Of a stretch of 64,000 nucleotides of DNA, positions 1-8,722 are shown piece by piece. The notes under the pieces are model-generated. The model ran no database searches, was not told where the DNA came from, and saw nothing but the letters and a program-made list of their open reading frames with translations. Position 1 is the first letter of the stretch. Each line of letters opens with the position of its first letter. The DNA is taken from the IMG/VR virus record IMGVR_UViG_3300046787_000408, positions 186,001 to 250,000 of that record; one strand, 5' to 3'. The position numbers were made by a program, and so were the translations under genes.

Positions 1-1
1 T

Positions 2-91
2 GAGTTGGTCTATAACGGTTACCAAGCACACAATGTGCCCACAGACCAGTTGGAAAACAGCTTGGAATTTCGCGACATTGAATTTGGTTGA
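2..91 (+). CDS. 3' end of a CDS entering the window (partial, unassigned)
   Basis: Open frame ELVYNGYQAHNVPTDQLENSLEFRDIEFG ending in TGA at 89-91. Confidence 0.45.
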   Translation, partial: ELVYNGYQAHNVPTDQLENSLEFRDIEFG

Positions 92-116
92 CCAATAATT
101 CGCAAAATGCTATAAT
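88..116 (+). promoter_or_regulatory. sigma70-type early promoter
   Basis: TTGACC-17bp-TATAAT with TGn extended -10. Confidence 0.85.
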
Positions 117-121
117 ACAGC

Positions 122-352
122 ATGAAAAAAGATTTAAACTGGTATCTAAAGTGGATCGGAACTGTGATCCTGATTGTGGGCACGGCTGTCAACAGCATGG
201 GATTTTATCCCGAAGGCCCAATAATTCTAGCCCTGGGCGGGGTAATTTGGTTGGTGGTTAGCATACGTTGGCGCGAAGCCAGTTTGATTGTGACTAATGC
301 CGTAATGTTGTCCACAGGACTTGCAGGTCTTGCTTGGCACTATTTTAAGTAA
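122..352 (+). CDS. small membrane protein
   Basis: 76 aa, about three hydrophobic segments, directly after promoter. Confidence 0.75.
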   Translation: MKKDLNWYLKWIGTVILIVGTAVNSMGFYPEGPIILALGGVIWLVVSIRWREASLIVTNAVMLSTGLAGLAWHYFK

Positions 353-372
353 AAAGTACTAGTTTTTTCTGG

Positions 373-401
373 TTGACCAAAATTTGCCTTTTTGCTATAA
401 T
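373..401 (+). promoter_or_regulatory. sigma70-type early promoter within a repeated promoter module
   Basis: TTGACC-17-TATAAT; preceded by AAAAAGTACTA, followed by SD CAGGAG. Confidence 0.9.
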
Positions 402-432
402 ATACACATACAGCAACAAACAGGAGTAATTC

Positions 433-879
433 ATGGGCACTCGTAGTCGTATCGGCGTTATGCATGGTGACAAGTGTAAATCAGTTTACTGCCACTGGGA
501 TGGTTATCTGGATCATAACGGCAAGATCCTGCAAGAGCACTTTGACAGTGCCAAGGCCAATCATTTAGTAGCCTTAGGTGACGTTTCTAGCCTGGACCGC
601 AACGTTGAGATTCCCGAAGGCGTAGAACACACATTTGACAACCCGGTCAAAGGCATCACTAGTTTTTACGGTCGTGACCGTGGCGAGACTGGTGTTGAGT
701 TCCGAGTGGATCACACCTTTGAAGATTTTCTGCGCCGTGCCGAAGGTTGTGGTGCCGAGTACTACTACATCATGAAAGACGGTGTATGGTATGTTGGCGA
801 CACCTACAGCGGCACCCACTTGAGCAACAAGCTGACTCCACTGAGCGAAGCACTGGTGTGGGAGGCAATTGCTCGATGA
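433..879 (+). CDS. hypothetical early phage protein (YCHWDGY motif)
   Basis: 148 aa, strong SD AGGAG. Confidence 0.8.
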   Translation: MGTRSRIGVMHGDKCKSVYCHWDGYLDHNGKILQEHFDSAKANHLVALGDVSSLDRNVEIPEGVEHTFDNPVKGITSFYGRDRGETGVEFRVDHTFEDFLRRAEGCGAEYYYIMKDGVWYVGDTYSGTHLSNKLTPLSEALVWEAIAR

Positions 880-1268
880 GCGGATATCAAACAATCCTGC
901 GTATTCGACGCATTGAAGAAACTGTAAACAAACTTGGGTTCATGTTGTCTAATTCCCGGCATGGATGGGACAACAGCAATCCTGACATGGTGGCCCTCAA
1001 ACCACGTGACGAAGATGCAGTGCCAATCTACAGCCGAGATGCTGAGGTGTTTCGTGGTACTCTAGAAGAGCTGGAAGTTTGGTTGCGAGGTGTGGAGTGG
1101 GCACGGGAGTATGACACCCATCTGCGAATCAGTGACAACGAAAAGCGAGCCAAGCACGAGGATCGTGAGCGCCGCAGAATTGCAGAAATGCGCAAGCAGG
1201 AACAACAGAAAATGATCTTGGGTGTGCTAAAGGCATCAGACCGCGAAAACAGCCGGGTAAAAAAGTAA
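876..1268 (+). CDS. hypothetical protein
   Basis: ATGA overlap with upstream stop; 130 aa, charged C-terminal helix. Confidence 0.7.
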   Translation: MSGYQTILRIRRIEETVNKLGFMLSNSRHGWDNSNPDMVALKPRDEDAVPIYSRDAEVFRGTLEELEVWLRGVEWAREYDTHLRISDNEKRAKHEDRERRRIAEMRKQEQQKMILGVLKASDRENSRVKK

Positions 1269-1293
1269 TACTTTATAGTACTACTTTTTCTGG

Positions 1294-1322
1294 TTGACCA
1301 AAATTTCCCAATTTGTTATAAT
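1294..1322 (+). promoter_or_regulatory. sigma70-type early promoter within a repeated promoter module
   Basis: TTGACC-17-TATAAT; flanks nearly identical to the 373 copy. Confidence 0.9.
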
Positions 1323-1354
1323 ATACACATAGCAAAGCAAAACAGGAGTTTGAA

Positions 1355-1561
1355 ATGGGTTTTGAAACAGTGGTTCTTGACAAGGTTGCAAAGGTTCTCA
1401 AATCTGACAACCGAGCTGAGTTCTTTTGTGGTACGCTCAGCGTGATTTGCACTACGCCAGAAGCTCTCAAAATCTTCAAACAACTAAACAAAGAATACAA
1501 CAACAAGGTCCAAATGAATCCCGATGGGTCTTATGGTTATACCTTTGACTTCACTGCTTGA
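1355..1561 (+). CDS. hypothetical protein
   Basis: 68 aa, SD CAGGAG. Confidence 0.75.
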   Translation: MGFETVVLDKVAKVLKSDNRAEFFCGTLSVICTTPEALKIFKQLNKEYNNKVQMNPDGSYGYTFDFTA

Positions 1562-1570
1562 GAGACTGTG

Positions 1571-1834
1571 ATGAACATTGAAATTGAATACGATCTAACA
1601 GGCAGTGTTGTGCCCGACTATAGCATGTACTCTGAAATTGGCAATGTTGCAGTGCATGCCGTTGTGGTGGCTGCTAGAGCCAACCAGTTGACTTGGGCCC
1701 AGACCGTCCAGGCACTGCGTCTGCTGGCCGAGCAGGATCATTTTGGTGAGGCCATGGACACTGCGGTTCGCGAGTGCGTTTACGATGCCTTGGGCATTGA
1801 AGATCAACCTTTTTACGTAATTGGGAAAGTTTAA
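1571..1834 (+). CDS. hypothetical protein
   Basis: 87 aa in co-directional operon. Confidence 0.65.
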   Translation: MNIEIEYDLTGSVVPDYSMYSEIGNVAVHAVVVAARANQLTWAQTVQALRLLAEQDHFGEAMDTAVRECVYDALGIEDQPFYVIGKV

Positions 1835-1835
1835 C

Positions 1836-1964
1836 ATGCGAAATTTAATCATTGGTTTTGTTCTGGGCCTGATCGTGGCCACTGTGGGCTTTGGTGGTAT
1901 CGCCCGTATCCTGGACAATGGTGTGGAAACAATCAAACACCAAAGCAAAGAATTGGCTCAATAA
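1836..1964 (+). CDS. small membrane peptide (not in ORF track)
   Basis: MRNLIIGFVLGLIVATVGFGGIARILDNGVETIKHQSKELAQ, fills gap between stop and next promoter. Confidence 0.6.
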   Translation: MRNLIIGFVLGLIVATVGFGGIARILDNGVETIKHQSKELAQ

Positions 1965-2001
1965 TTTGAGCAAAAAGAATCAAAATTCTAGCAAAAAGTG
2001 G

Positions 2002-2030
2002 TTGACCAATAAACACTCTTTTGCTATAAT
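2002..2030 (+). promoter_or_regulatory. sigma70-type promoter
   Basis: TTGACC-17-TATAAT. Confidence 0.85.
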
Positions 2031-2094
2031 ATTGATATGTTGTGCAAGAACACAGCATTTTTGTAACTTGATAGGCAATTTGAAAGGCAACTTT

Positions 2095-2469
2095 ATGACA
2101 AACGAAAAGACTTTTTCCGTGGCAGGTACTGCAACTAACCCTGATGGTACAACTAAGGCTCGCTTTGCGAACGACTTGGTTGCACGTATCAAGATTCTTA
2201 ACAAGGCAGGCTGCACCAATATCAACTTGGTTGAACTCCCACGTGAGATGACCAAGCTGGAAGCTCTGCAGTATTTGACTGAACAAGGTATCACACAAGG
2301 TGATGCCGGCTATGCCGTGTCAGCTAAACTGGCAGAGAAAAGCAAGGTAGCAAAAAAGGGCGAGGTCAAAGTCAAGGCCGAAGCTCCCAGCATGAGCAAG
2401 ATCCGTGCTCGCAAAAAGGATGTTACTCCCGAACAGATCCTGGCCGCAGTAGAAGACGCCCCACTCTAA
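2095..2469 (+). CDS. hypothetical basic protein
   Basis: Start re-called at MTNEK after SD GAAAGG; Lys/Ala-rich C-terminus. Confidence 0.75.
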   Translation: MTNEKTFSVAGTATNPDGTTKARFANDLVARIKILNKAGCTNINLVELPREMTKLEALQYLTEQGITQGDAGYAVSAKLAEKSKVAKKGEVKVKAEAPSMSKIRARKKDVTPEQILAAVEDAPL

Positions 2470-2487
2470 TACTATAACCAGTATCAC

Positions 2488-2513
2488 AAAGCGGCCCAAG
2501 AGGCCGCTTTTTT
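2488..2513 (+). terminator. rho-independent terminator
   Basis: AAAGCGGCC-CAAGA-GGCCGCTTT followed by a T run. Confidence 0.85.
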
Positions 2514-2589
2514 CATTATCAAGATAATTACAGTATGCGCGGCAAGAGCTTAAATATCTTGACACCTGGGAAACCAGCGCATCTGTTTA

Positions 2590-2838
2590 ATGACTATAAC
2601 AAGCTATCGTTCAGTGGAACCACTGTACATTTTGACCCTACGAAATCACACACAGGCCGAACAAATGTTCAAGACCTGGGTCCGTGACCACCGTGTTGAA
2701 CATGTTCACATCTCTGGTAACAAGATGATGTTGCATGCTCAATCAGCGTTTGACAATTTTCTGATAACTTGGCGGCATGGCATGGCGCTGATCACAGTGT
2801 GGGACACCTGGAATCGACGGCATATCTATCTAGACTAG
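2590..2838 (+). CDS. hypothetical protein
   Basis: 82 aa after a TAAATA motif at 2551. Confidence 0.65.
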   Translation: MTITSYRSVEPLYILTLRNHTQAEQMFKTWVRDHRVEHVHISGNKMMLHAQSAFDNFLITWRHGMALITVWDTWNRRHIYLD

Positions 2839-2861
2839 AGTGCCAAAATACCAGCTATTCG

Positions 2862-2890
2862 TTGACATTGCCGTTACAGGCATGTATAAT
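2862..2890 (+). promoter_or_regulatory. consensus sigma70 promoter
   Basis: TTGACA-17-TATAAT. Confidence 0.9.
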
Positions 2891-2916
2891 TGTTATTCTA
2901 ACATAAGGAAACTATC

Positions 2917-3102
2917 ATGACACAACATGAACAAATCGTCGCCGCTTACGAGCAATACATTGCTGAGAATGAAAAATTCACTGGCAAGGGCGTGAAGGCC
3001 GCGGCTGCTCGTGCTCGCAAGGCATTGCAAGAAATGAGCAAGGGCATCAAAGAGCGCCGCAAAGAAATCACAGCAGAAAAAGAAGCACTAGCAGCAAAAT
3101 GA
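2917..3102 (+). CDS. histone H1-like (Hc1-type) small DNA-binding protein
   Basis: 61 aa, KGVKAAAARARKALQE motif, SD AAGGA. Confidence 0.65.
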   Translation: MTQHEQIVAAYEQYIAENEKFTGKGVKAAAARARKALQEMSKGIKERRKEITAEKEALAAK

Positions 3103-3252
3103 AATTTCATGAACACGACCGCCACCAACCAATCCAAACTCAGGACTGGCCTTTGGTACTGACTCCTGAACTAAGACAACAACTTATTCAAGAAAAAATT
3201 CGTCGTGTTCGTGAGTTTGTGCGGCACAGAGATCAACCAGTACACACATGCA

Positions 3253-3435
3253 ATGAAACATCTTGTGAATGTAATTGATGATCCTGACCATCCAGGAGAG
3301 TACCTCCTGGATCTAGGTCCAGAATTGTGTGCTAGTCTTGGTTGGCACACTGGTGATACCATGCTCTGGACTGATAACAAGGACGGAACATGGACCCTAC
3401 AGAAACAAACAACACCATTGACACCATCAGCATAA
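3253..3435 (+). CDS. AbrB/MazE-like small protein
   Basis: GEYLLDLGPELCASLGWHTGDTMLW fits the swapped-hairpin pattern. Confidence 0.55.
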   Translation: MKHLVNVIDDPDHPGEYLLDLGPELCASLGWHTGDTMLWTDNKDGTWTLQKQTTPLTPSA

Positions 3436-3848
3436 CTGGTGCTCAAGGAAGTGCTATCAGTGGCGGCACTAGTCCCTGGACTATAAGTGCAGGACCATAT
3501 ATTTCTAGTATTGATACCAGCAATGTTATGTGGGCATCAACTCCCAACACTGTATGGACTACCAACACAACTGCGGACTGGTCAATTGGCAGTGCTACTC
3601 CCAGTGCCACGCTAGAACTAAAAGGCGACAATGCCGATGTTGTAGTCAATGGCGAAAGCCTGATGCAGACTTTGCAGGTGCTAAAAGAGCGACTAAACTG
3701 GTTGCAACCCAATCCTGACATGGAATCAGAATGGGACGAACTGCGTGAACTAGGCGAACGATATCGTGAACTAGAAAAACAATGCCAGGAAAAATCTCAG
3801 GTCTGGAATACATTGAAAAAAATGCCTGACCCTTTAGGAAAAAAATGA
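3390..3848 (+). CDS. hypothetical protein
   Basis: Ser/Thr-rich N-half, coiled-coil C-terminus. Confidence 0.6.
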   Translation: MDPTETNNTIDTISITGAQGSAISGGTSPWTISAGPYISSIDTSNVMWASTPNTVWTTNTTADWSIGSATPSATLELKGDNADVVVNGESLMQTLQVLKERLNWLQPNPDMESEWDELRELGERYRELEKQCQEKSQVWNTLKKMPDPLGKK

Positions 3849-4672
3849 CATCCAAACAACGAATAAATCACATTGTTAAATGGCTAAAGGCCTATGCCAA
3901 GAGTGCCAATATCTCCACTTTTGTAGTGGGTATTTCAGGCGGTATTGACTCCAGCGTGGTCAGTGCCTTGTGCGCTCGAACTGGACTCAAGACCATTGTG
4001 GTACAGATGCCCATACGCCAGAACAAGAAACTAGACAATCGCAGCTCAATGCAGGCCACTTGGTTGCTGGAACACCACAAGGAAACAGTCACACACATGA
4101 GCGTGGACTTGACTCCTGTGTTTACAGCATTTGAAAAGAAGGTAGAACCCTTGTGCGGTGCTGAAGAATACAACCACGAAACATATTTGTTGGCTAGTGC
4201 TAACTCACGTGCTCGTTTGCGCATGATGACCTTGTATCAAATTGCACAATGTCACAACGGCCTGGTAGTAGGTACAGGCAACAAAGTGGAAGACTTTGGT
4301 GTGGGCTTCTTTACCAAGTATGGGGATGGTGGTGTGGATATCAGCCCTATTGGCGATTGCCTCAAGACAGAAGTTTGGGACATGGGCAGAGAATTTGGAC
4401 TCCCACAAGAGATCATTGATGCGCCGCCAACCGATGGACTTTGGGCTGATGATCGCACCGACGAAGATCAGTTGGGTATGACATACCCTGAACTTGAGCG
4501 AGCTATGGACAACGATCGCCTGGATCGTGAGTGTGTGTATCAAACTTTGACTATCCCGATGAACAAGGATGAAAAAGCACAACTCAAGAAGTATCGTGAA
4601 ATCCGTCGGCGCAACTTGCACAAAATGACACCCATTCCAGTGTGTGTTTTTCGCAACACTCAGGTTGGCTAA
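3845..4672 (+). CDS. nadE: NH3-dependent NAD+ synthetase
   Basis: VVGISGGIDS PP-loop, NSRARLRM, VVGTGNKVE, GFFTKYGDGGVDISPIGD, PTDGLW..TDEDQLG. Confidence 0.95.
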   Translation: MTSKQRINHIVKWLKAYAKSANISTFVVGISGGIDSSVVSALCARTGLKTIVVQMPIRQNKKLDNRSSMQATWLLEHHKETVTHMSVDLTPVFTAFEKKVEPLCGAEEYNHETYLLASANSRARLRMMTLYQIAQCHNGLVVGTGNKVEDFGVGFFTKYGDGGVDISPIGDCLKTEVWDMGREFGLPQEIIDAPPTDGLWADDRTDEDQLGMTYPELERAMDNDRLDRECVYQTLTIPMNKDEKAQLKKYREIRRRNLHKMTPIPVCVFRNTQVG

Positions 4673-4764
4673 TATCTAAAATTCGTGTATAATACACTTG
4701 TGTTCAACAACGCAGGGTATTATGCTTAAAACACAAGATTATTTTGCCCCCGGGCTAAGTAAAA

Positions 4765-4980
4765 GCGCTGGTAACACTGCCAGCAATCACAACAAGTTGG
4801 CCTTGCCAGCTTTGTCCATTAGAGATCCTCGGCAGATCTCTTCGTTGACAACTAGAATTGGACGGTGCTTTGCACTGTCCCAGACGAGTATGCCAAAGAG
4901 GCCCGAGGTCTTTCAGCTTTCTTTACTCACTTTTGTCAACGGCGTCACCATAGGCGCAGCCGTGTGATCTTGGATCACCT
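4765..4980 (+). ncRNA. candidate structured RNA/leader upstream of cell-wall hydrolase
   Basis: At least six stems incl. 9-bp CGTTGACAA/TTGTCAACG; loop-loop complement CCTCGG/CCGAGG. Confidence 0.55.
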
Positions 4981-4995
4981 TGAAAGGAGAAAAAT

Positions 4996-5544
4996 ATGGA
5001 ACGAGTTATCAAACTCACTTTGAGTATAGTAGGACTTCTGGTACTGATTACTTTGGTACAAGCAGTTACACAATACAAATTTCTAAAACTCACGGACTTT
5101 GTAAGTAATCGTCCCACAGTTACAGCCGCAGAGCGCCAGCGACAACTGGATTGCTTGGCTATCAACATTTACCGCGAAGCCGGGCATGAACCGTTTGAAG
5201 GCAAGGTAGGAGTAGCACAGGTCACGTTAAATCGTTCTGAGCACCCGGACTTTCCCAAAGACATTTGTGCTGTGGTGTACCAAAAGAACAAGATCATGGA
5301 ACGAGTAGTATGCCAGTTCTCATGGTACTGTGATTCAGCACACCGTGCTAGAGCCATCAATAAACCAGCTTACGATGAAAGTATGGAAGTGGCCAAAAAG
5401 GTCCTGCTTGAAGGATTTAGACTTCCTAGTCTAGAACCAGCCCTGTATTACCATGCTGATTATGTAAACCCACAGTGGCGCCTGGATCGCATTACCAAGA
5501 TTGGTGCCCATATCTTTTATAAACCACGTGAACGGAACATCTAA
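4996..5544 (+). CDS. SleB/Hydrolase_2 cell-wall hydrolase
   Basis: N-terminal TM; CLAINIYREA.GEPFEGKVGVAQVTLNR, CQFSWYC, ALYYHADYVNPQW, IGAHIFY. Confidence 0.9.
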   Translation: MERVIKLTLSIVGLLVLITLVQAVTQYKFLKLTDFVSNRPTVTAAERQRQLDCLAINIYREAGHEPFEGKVGVAQVTLNRSEHPDFPKDICAVVYQKNKIMERVVCQFSWYCDSAHRARAINKPAYDESMEVAKKVLLEGFRLPSLEPALYYHADYVNPQWRLDRITKIGAHIFYKPRERNI

Positions 5545-5545
5545 C

Positions 5546-5857
5546 ATGAACTACAATCAATTTGATATCGAAACATTCAAAGAACGAGCACAACAGATCT
5601 TTAGCAAAGTCAGCACTGAAACAGTAGGTTGGCTGGCTGTAGTGGTAATGCATGCTGCCACCATTCCCAGTTTGCTGGCTGTAATGAACGGTCTCACCGA
5701 CGTGATGTTGCCAGTTGACATGGTGCTGTTGGTGTGGTCTGCTCTGGTTCTGTTGTTTGTGAAAGCGGCTATCCAGCGTGATTTGCTGAACATGATCACT
5801 ATTGGCCTGGGATTCTTTGTGCAAGCGGCACTGATGGCCTTGATCTTTTTTAAGTAA
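5546..5857 (+). CDS. membrane protein (about 3 TM)
   Basis: Hydrophobic 103 aa directly after the hydrolase. Confidence 0.7.
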   Translation: MNYNQFDIETFKERAQQIFSKVSTETVGWLAVVVMHAATIPSLLAVMNGLTDVMLPVDMVLLVWSALVLLFVKAAIQRDLLNMITIGLGFFVQAALMALIFFK

Positions 5858-5868
5858 AAAGTACTACA

Positions 5869-5897
5869 TTGACCAATAATTCCAGATCTGCTATAAT
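5869..5897 (+). promoter_or_regulatory. sigma70-type promoter with AAAAAGTACTA upstream box
   Basis: TTGACC-17-TATAAT-ATACACATG. Confidence 0.85.
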
Positions 5898-5903
5898 ATA
5901 CAC

Positions 5904-6128
5904 ATGTTTAAAGCAAATCGATCCTATGTAACACTGCGCCCGGGGCACGAGGACTTTTCGTTCAGCCCCAATGGCATCACTGTTGTGCCCCGTGCCGCAA
6001 TTGAAATCAGTCAACGATGCCCAGAAAATTATCGTAGTCTGATTGCAGAATGCCTCAATCAAGGTTGGATCAAAGTTGTTGCCAACATGCGCGAAACTGA
6101 ATACACCATGGAGTTACTGAAAAAATGA
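5904..6128 (+). CDS. hypothetical protein
   Basis: 74 aa. Confidence 0.7.
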   Translation: MFKANRSYVTLRPGHEDFSFSPNGITVVPRAAIEISQRCPENYRSLIAECLNQGWIKVVANMRETEYTMELLKK

Positions 6129-6520
6129 GCATGCATTTACATCACCCCAGTCTCAGCATGAGCGGCAAGCGCAAAGGCAAGGTCAAGTTTCGCAACGCTG
6201 CCGAGGCTGCTCGTGCCCGCGAGCTTGACGCTAGCTGGAAAGAACTGTTGAAGTCACAAGGTATTCAAGCAGAAGAAAAGCGCCGTGCTCGTGCCATGAA
6301 GGCTGAGCCCTTGCAATACAAGTTGACAGCACCTGTGGGCCGCGAGACTGCTCACATTGCCAGTCGCGACACAGGACATTCTGGTGCTGTGCGTACCAAG
6401 GACATTCCACAGTACACAGGCACAAAAATTCTGGGTATTGGTACCATGCACAAGAGCAACGCTGTGCCAGTGTTCAGCGACCAAGAAGCCCACGACATTG
6501 CAACCATGCGCCGCGGATGA
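6125..6520 (+). CDS. hypothetical basic protein (GIGTMHKSNAVPVF motif)
   Basis: 131 aa, overlapping start/stop. Confidence 0.75.
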   Translation: MSMHLHHPSLSMSGKRKGKVKFRNAAEAARARELDASWKELLKSQGIQAEEKRRARAMKAEPLQYKLTAPVGRETAHIASRDTGHSGAVRTKDIPQYTGTKILGIGTMHKSNAVPVFSDQEAHDIATMRRG

Positions 6521-6521
6521 C

Positions 6522-6977
6522 ATGAACTACAACTCTATGAGTGACCAGGAACTGTTGCATTACTTGGACTTGTCGTCCAACGATCCCTTGATTCGTAGAC
6601 TGATCAATGTGCTTGCAAAAACTCGCGGAGCCCTGATTGATGATCTAGAAGACGCTGGCATGGATTCGCAGTCTTGGACCTTTGGTGAGGGTTGGAACAA
6701 GTATTCCCCGGGACAGTATATCGAAGAACTTCGTAATGATGTAAGACATGCCGAAAGCGAACTTGAGCTGGCACAGGAAGAACTCGAACAAGCCATCAAC
6801 GAAAGAGACCAGCTCAAAACTCGTACTATCATGCAGTTCATTGCTGAAGTTCAGAAAGAACAGAACGCGGCTGCTAGTAGAGAAAACGCAGCCTATAAAG
6901 AATCCAACCGAGTGCGTGAAGAAAATGACAAACTGCGAGAACAGATCGACATGTGGGGTGCGATGAACCGCGTATGA
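6522..6977 (+). CDS. coiled-coil hypothetical protein
   Basis: Start re-called at MNYNS just after upstream stop. Confidence 0.7.
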   Translation: MNYNSMSDQELLHYLDLSSNDPLIRRLINVLAKTRGALIDDLEDAGMDSQSWTFGEGWNKYSPGQYIEELRNDVRHAESELELAQEELEQAINERDQLKTRTIMQFIAEVQKEQNAAASRENAAYKESNRVREENDKLREQIDMWGAMNRV

Positions 6978-7228
6978 TCACTTATAAAACAAACGATAAA
7001 TTTCCTGGCATCAAGTTTCCTGTATTGCACAAGGTTGTTTATGCACATACCACAGACGATGTGCAGGCCATGTACCAGCGCAGTTACCGAGATCACTTGG
7101 TAGATACATGGCTAGGATCTAATTGCCGCCACGGTTATTATCACAGTCCAGGATATCTTAAAGAAAAGTTTATTCAGTTTGAATGCGACGAAGAAGCTGT
7201 GATGTTTGCTATGAAATGGGCCAAATGA
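6974..7228 (+). CDS. hypothetical protein
   Basis: ATGA overlap. Confidence 0.65.
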   Translation: MITYKTNDKFPGIKFPVLHKVVYAHTTDDVQAMYQRSYRDHLVDTWLGSNCRHGYYHSPGYLKEKFIQFECDEEAVMFAMKWAK

Positions 7229-7488
7229 AGTATTACTATATGCCCGGATATACTGGCAATTCTGTGTTCAATTCCATGGCCCAACAATTAGCCCAGCCCA
7301 GCGTGATAGTACTGGATCAGGCTCAGGTAGATGAGAATCAATGGTACACCATTAACACTGACCCTGTAATTGCTGCCTGGATTCGACAGCAACCTAAAGA
7401 ACACTGGTACGAGCATCCAAATCACGCATTCAGATCGCTGATGGACATACACGAACATCTGTACACTATGTTGAGGTTAAGAACTTGA
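7225..7488 (+). CDS. hypothetical protein
   Basis: ATGA overlap. Confidence 0.6.
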   Translation: MKYYYMPGYTGNSVFNSMAQQLAQPSVIVLDQAQVDENQWYTINTDPVIAAWIRQQPKEHWYEHPNHAFRSLMDIHEHLYTMLRLRT

Positions 7489-7517
7489 TTGACCGCAATA
7501 ACTGTTTATGCTATAAT
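7489..7517 (+). promoter_or_regulatory. sigma70-type promoter
   Basis: TTGACC-17-TATAAT. Confidence 0.85.
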
Positions 7518-7543
7518 AATATATTCACACCAAAGGGAACATC

Positions 7544-7936
7544 ATGACTCTAGACGATACAGTGGCAACATGGAATCAAGCCGAACTTGTGCGCTTGCTA
7601 AAAAATGCACCCGGTACTCAATATCAAGAATCCGACGATGCCAACAAGGCAATCATGCGTGACTGGGTTCGAAGTTTGCTACAAAAAGGACCTGTCACTG
7701 TGATCTTTACCAAAGCAGACGGCACCGATCGTGAAATGCGCTGTACCTTGAACCCAGAACAATTACCCGAAGTCGTGCAAACAGTACCAGTTGATGGCAT
7801 TGTGCTTGAAAGCCGAAAGTCTCGCAAAGAACCAGATCCTCACAGTATTCGAGTGTTTGATCTTGACAAAAACGAATGGCGCAGTTTCCGTTTTGAACGG
7901 TTGCGCAAAGTCAGCGCCGAAATTGTGTTCGGCTAA
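7544..7936 (+). CDS. WYL_2/SH3-like beta-barrel protein of T4-like phages
   Basis: VIFTKADGTDREMRCTL ... IRVFDLDKNEWRSFR. Confidence 0.75.
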   Translation: MTLDDTVATWNQAELVRLLKNAPGTQYQESDDANKAIMRDWVRSLLQKGPVTVIFTKADGTDREMRCTLNPEQLPEVVQTVPVDGIVLESRKSRKEPDPHSIRVFDLDKNEWRSFRFERLRKVSAEIVFG

Positions 7937-7946
7937 GTAATTGCTT

Positions 7947-8165
7947 ATGGCCAAAGAAGAAACTATTAACATGCAAGGAACTGTGGAGGAAATTCTCCCA
8001 GCCGCTATGTTCCGTATCAAGCTAGATAACATAAACACTGTTATACTAGGACATTTATCAGGAAGAATGAGAACCAACAACATCAAGGTGTTGCTTGGGG
8101 ATCGAGTAGAAATGGAACTAAGTCCATATGATTTAACTCGGGGACGTATAACTCGTCGAAAATAA
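7947..8165 (+). CDS. infA: translation initiation factor IF-1
   Basis: [66 protein letters not shown]. Confidence 0.95.
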   Translation: MAKEETINMQGTVEEILPAAMFRIKLDNINTVILGHLSGRMRTNNIKVLLGDRVEMELSPYDLTRGRITRRK

Positions 8166-8173
8166 ATACTGGC

Positions 8174-8722
8174 ATGGACTTACGCAACACAATTGATCTA
8201 GTAGAAGCTAGCACTAAACCAGCAAAGCTGGAAACTACACCTTTACCTTACGGCGTCAAAGATCTTGAACCTGTAATGAGCAAAGAAACTATTGATTATC
8301 ACTACGAGCACTTGGCCAAAGGATATGCCAAGCGCTACAACGCAGGAGAAGGTAATGCAGATTTTAATCGTGCTGGCAGTTTTTTACACAATAAGTTCTT
8401 CCCTCAGCTTAGGGCTCCTAAAGGTGCCAACCGCCCCCGTGGTGCAGTACTCGCGCTGATAGAAGAACATTTCAAAACATACGAAGACTTCCGAGAAGAA
8501 TTCAAACAAGCAGCCATGAAGATTCAAGGATCTGGATGGGTGTATTTGAGCACTGGTGGGGCAATCAAAACCATTGCCAATCATGCTGTGCGCACAGACA
8601 TCTGTGTGTTGGTTGACTGGTGGGAGCATGCCTGGGCCCTGGACTATCAAAGCGACAAAGAAAAATATCTGGACAATATCTTCAAGATTATTGACTGGGA
8701 TGTTTGCAACGAAAGATTATAA
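8174..8722 (+). CDS. sod: Fe/Mn superoxide dismutase (compact)
   Basis: [44 protein letters not shown]. Confidence 0.9.
   Translation: MDLRNTIDLVEASTKPAKLETTPLPYGVKDLEPVMSKETIDYHYEHLAKGYAKRYNAGEGNADFNRAGSFLHNKFFPQLRAPKGANRPRGAVLALIEEHFKTYEDFREEFKQAAMKIQGSGWVYLSTGGAIKTIANHAVRTDICVLVDWWEHAWALDYQSDKEKYLDNIFKIIDWDVCNERL

Noticed and set aside
4698-4967. 89-aa TTG-start ORF
   Set aside because: No SD, atypical composition, coincides with dense RNA stems.
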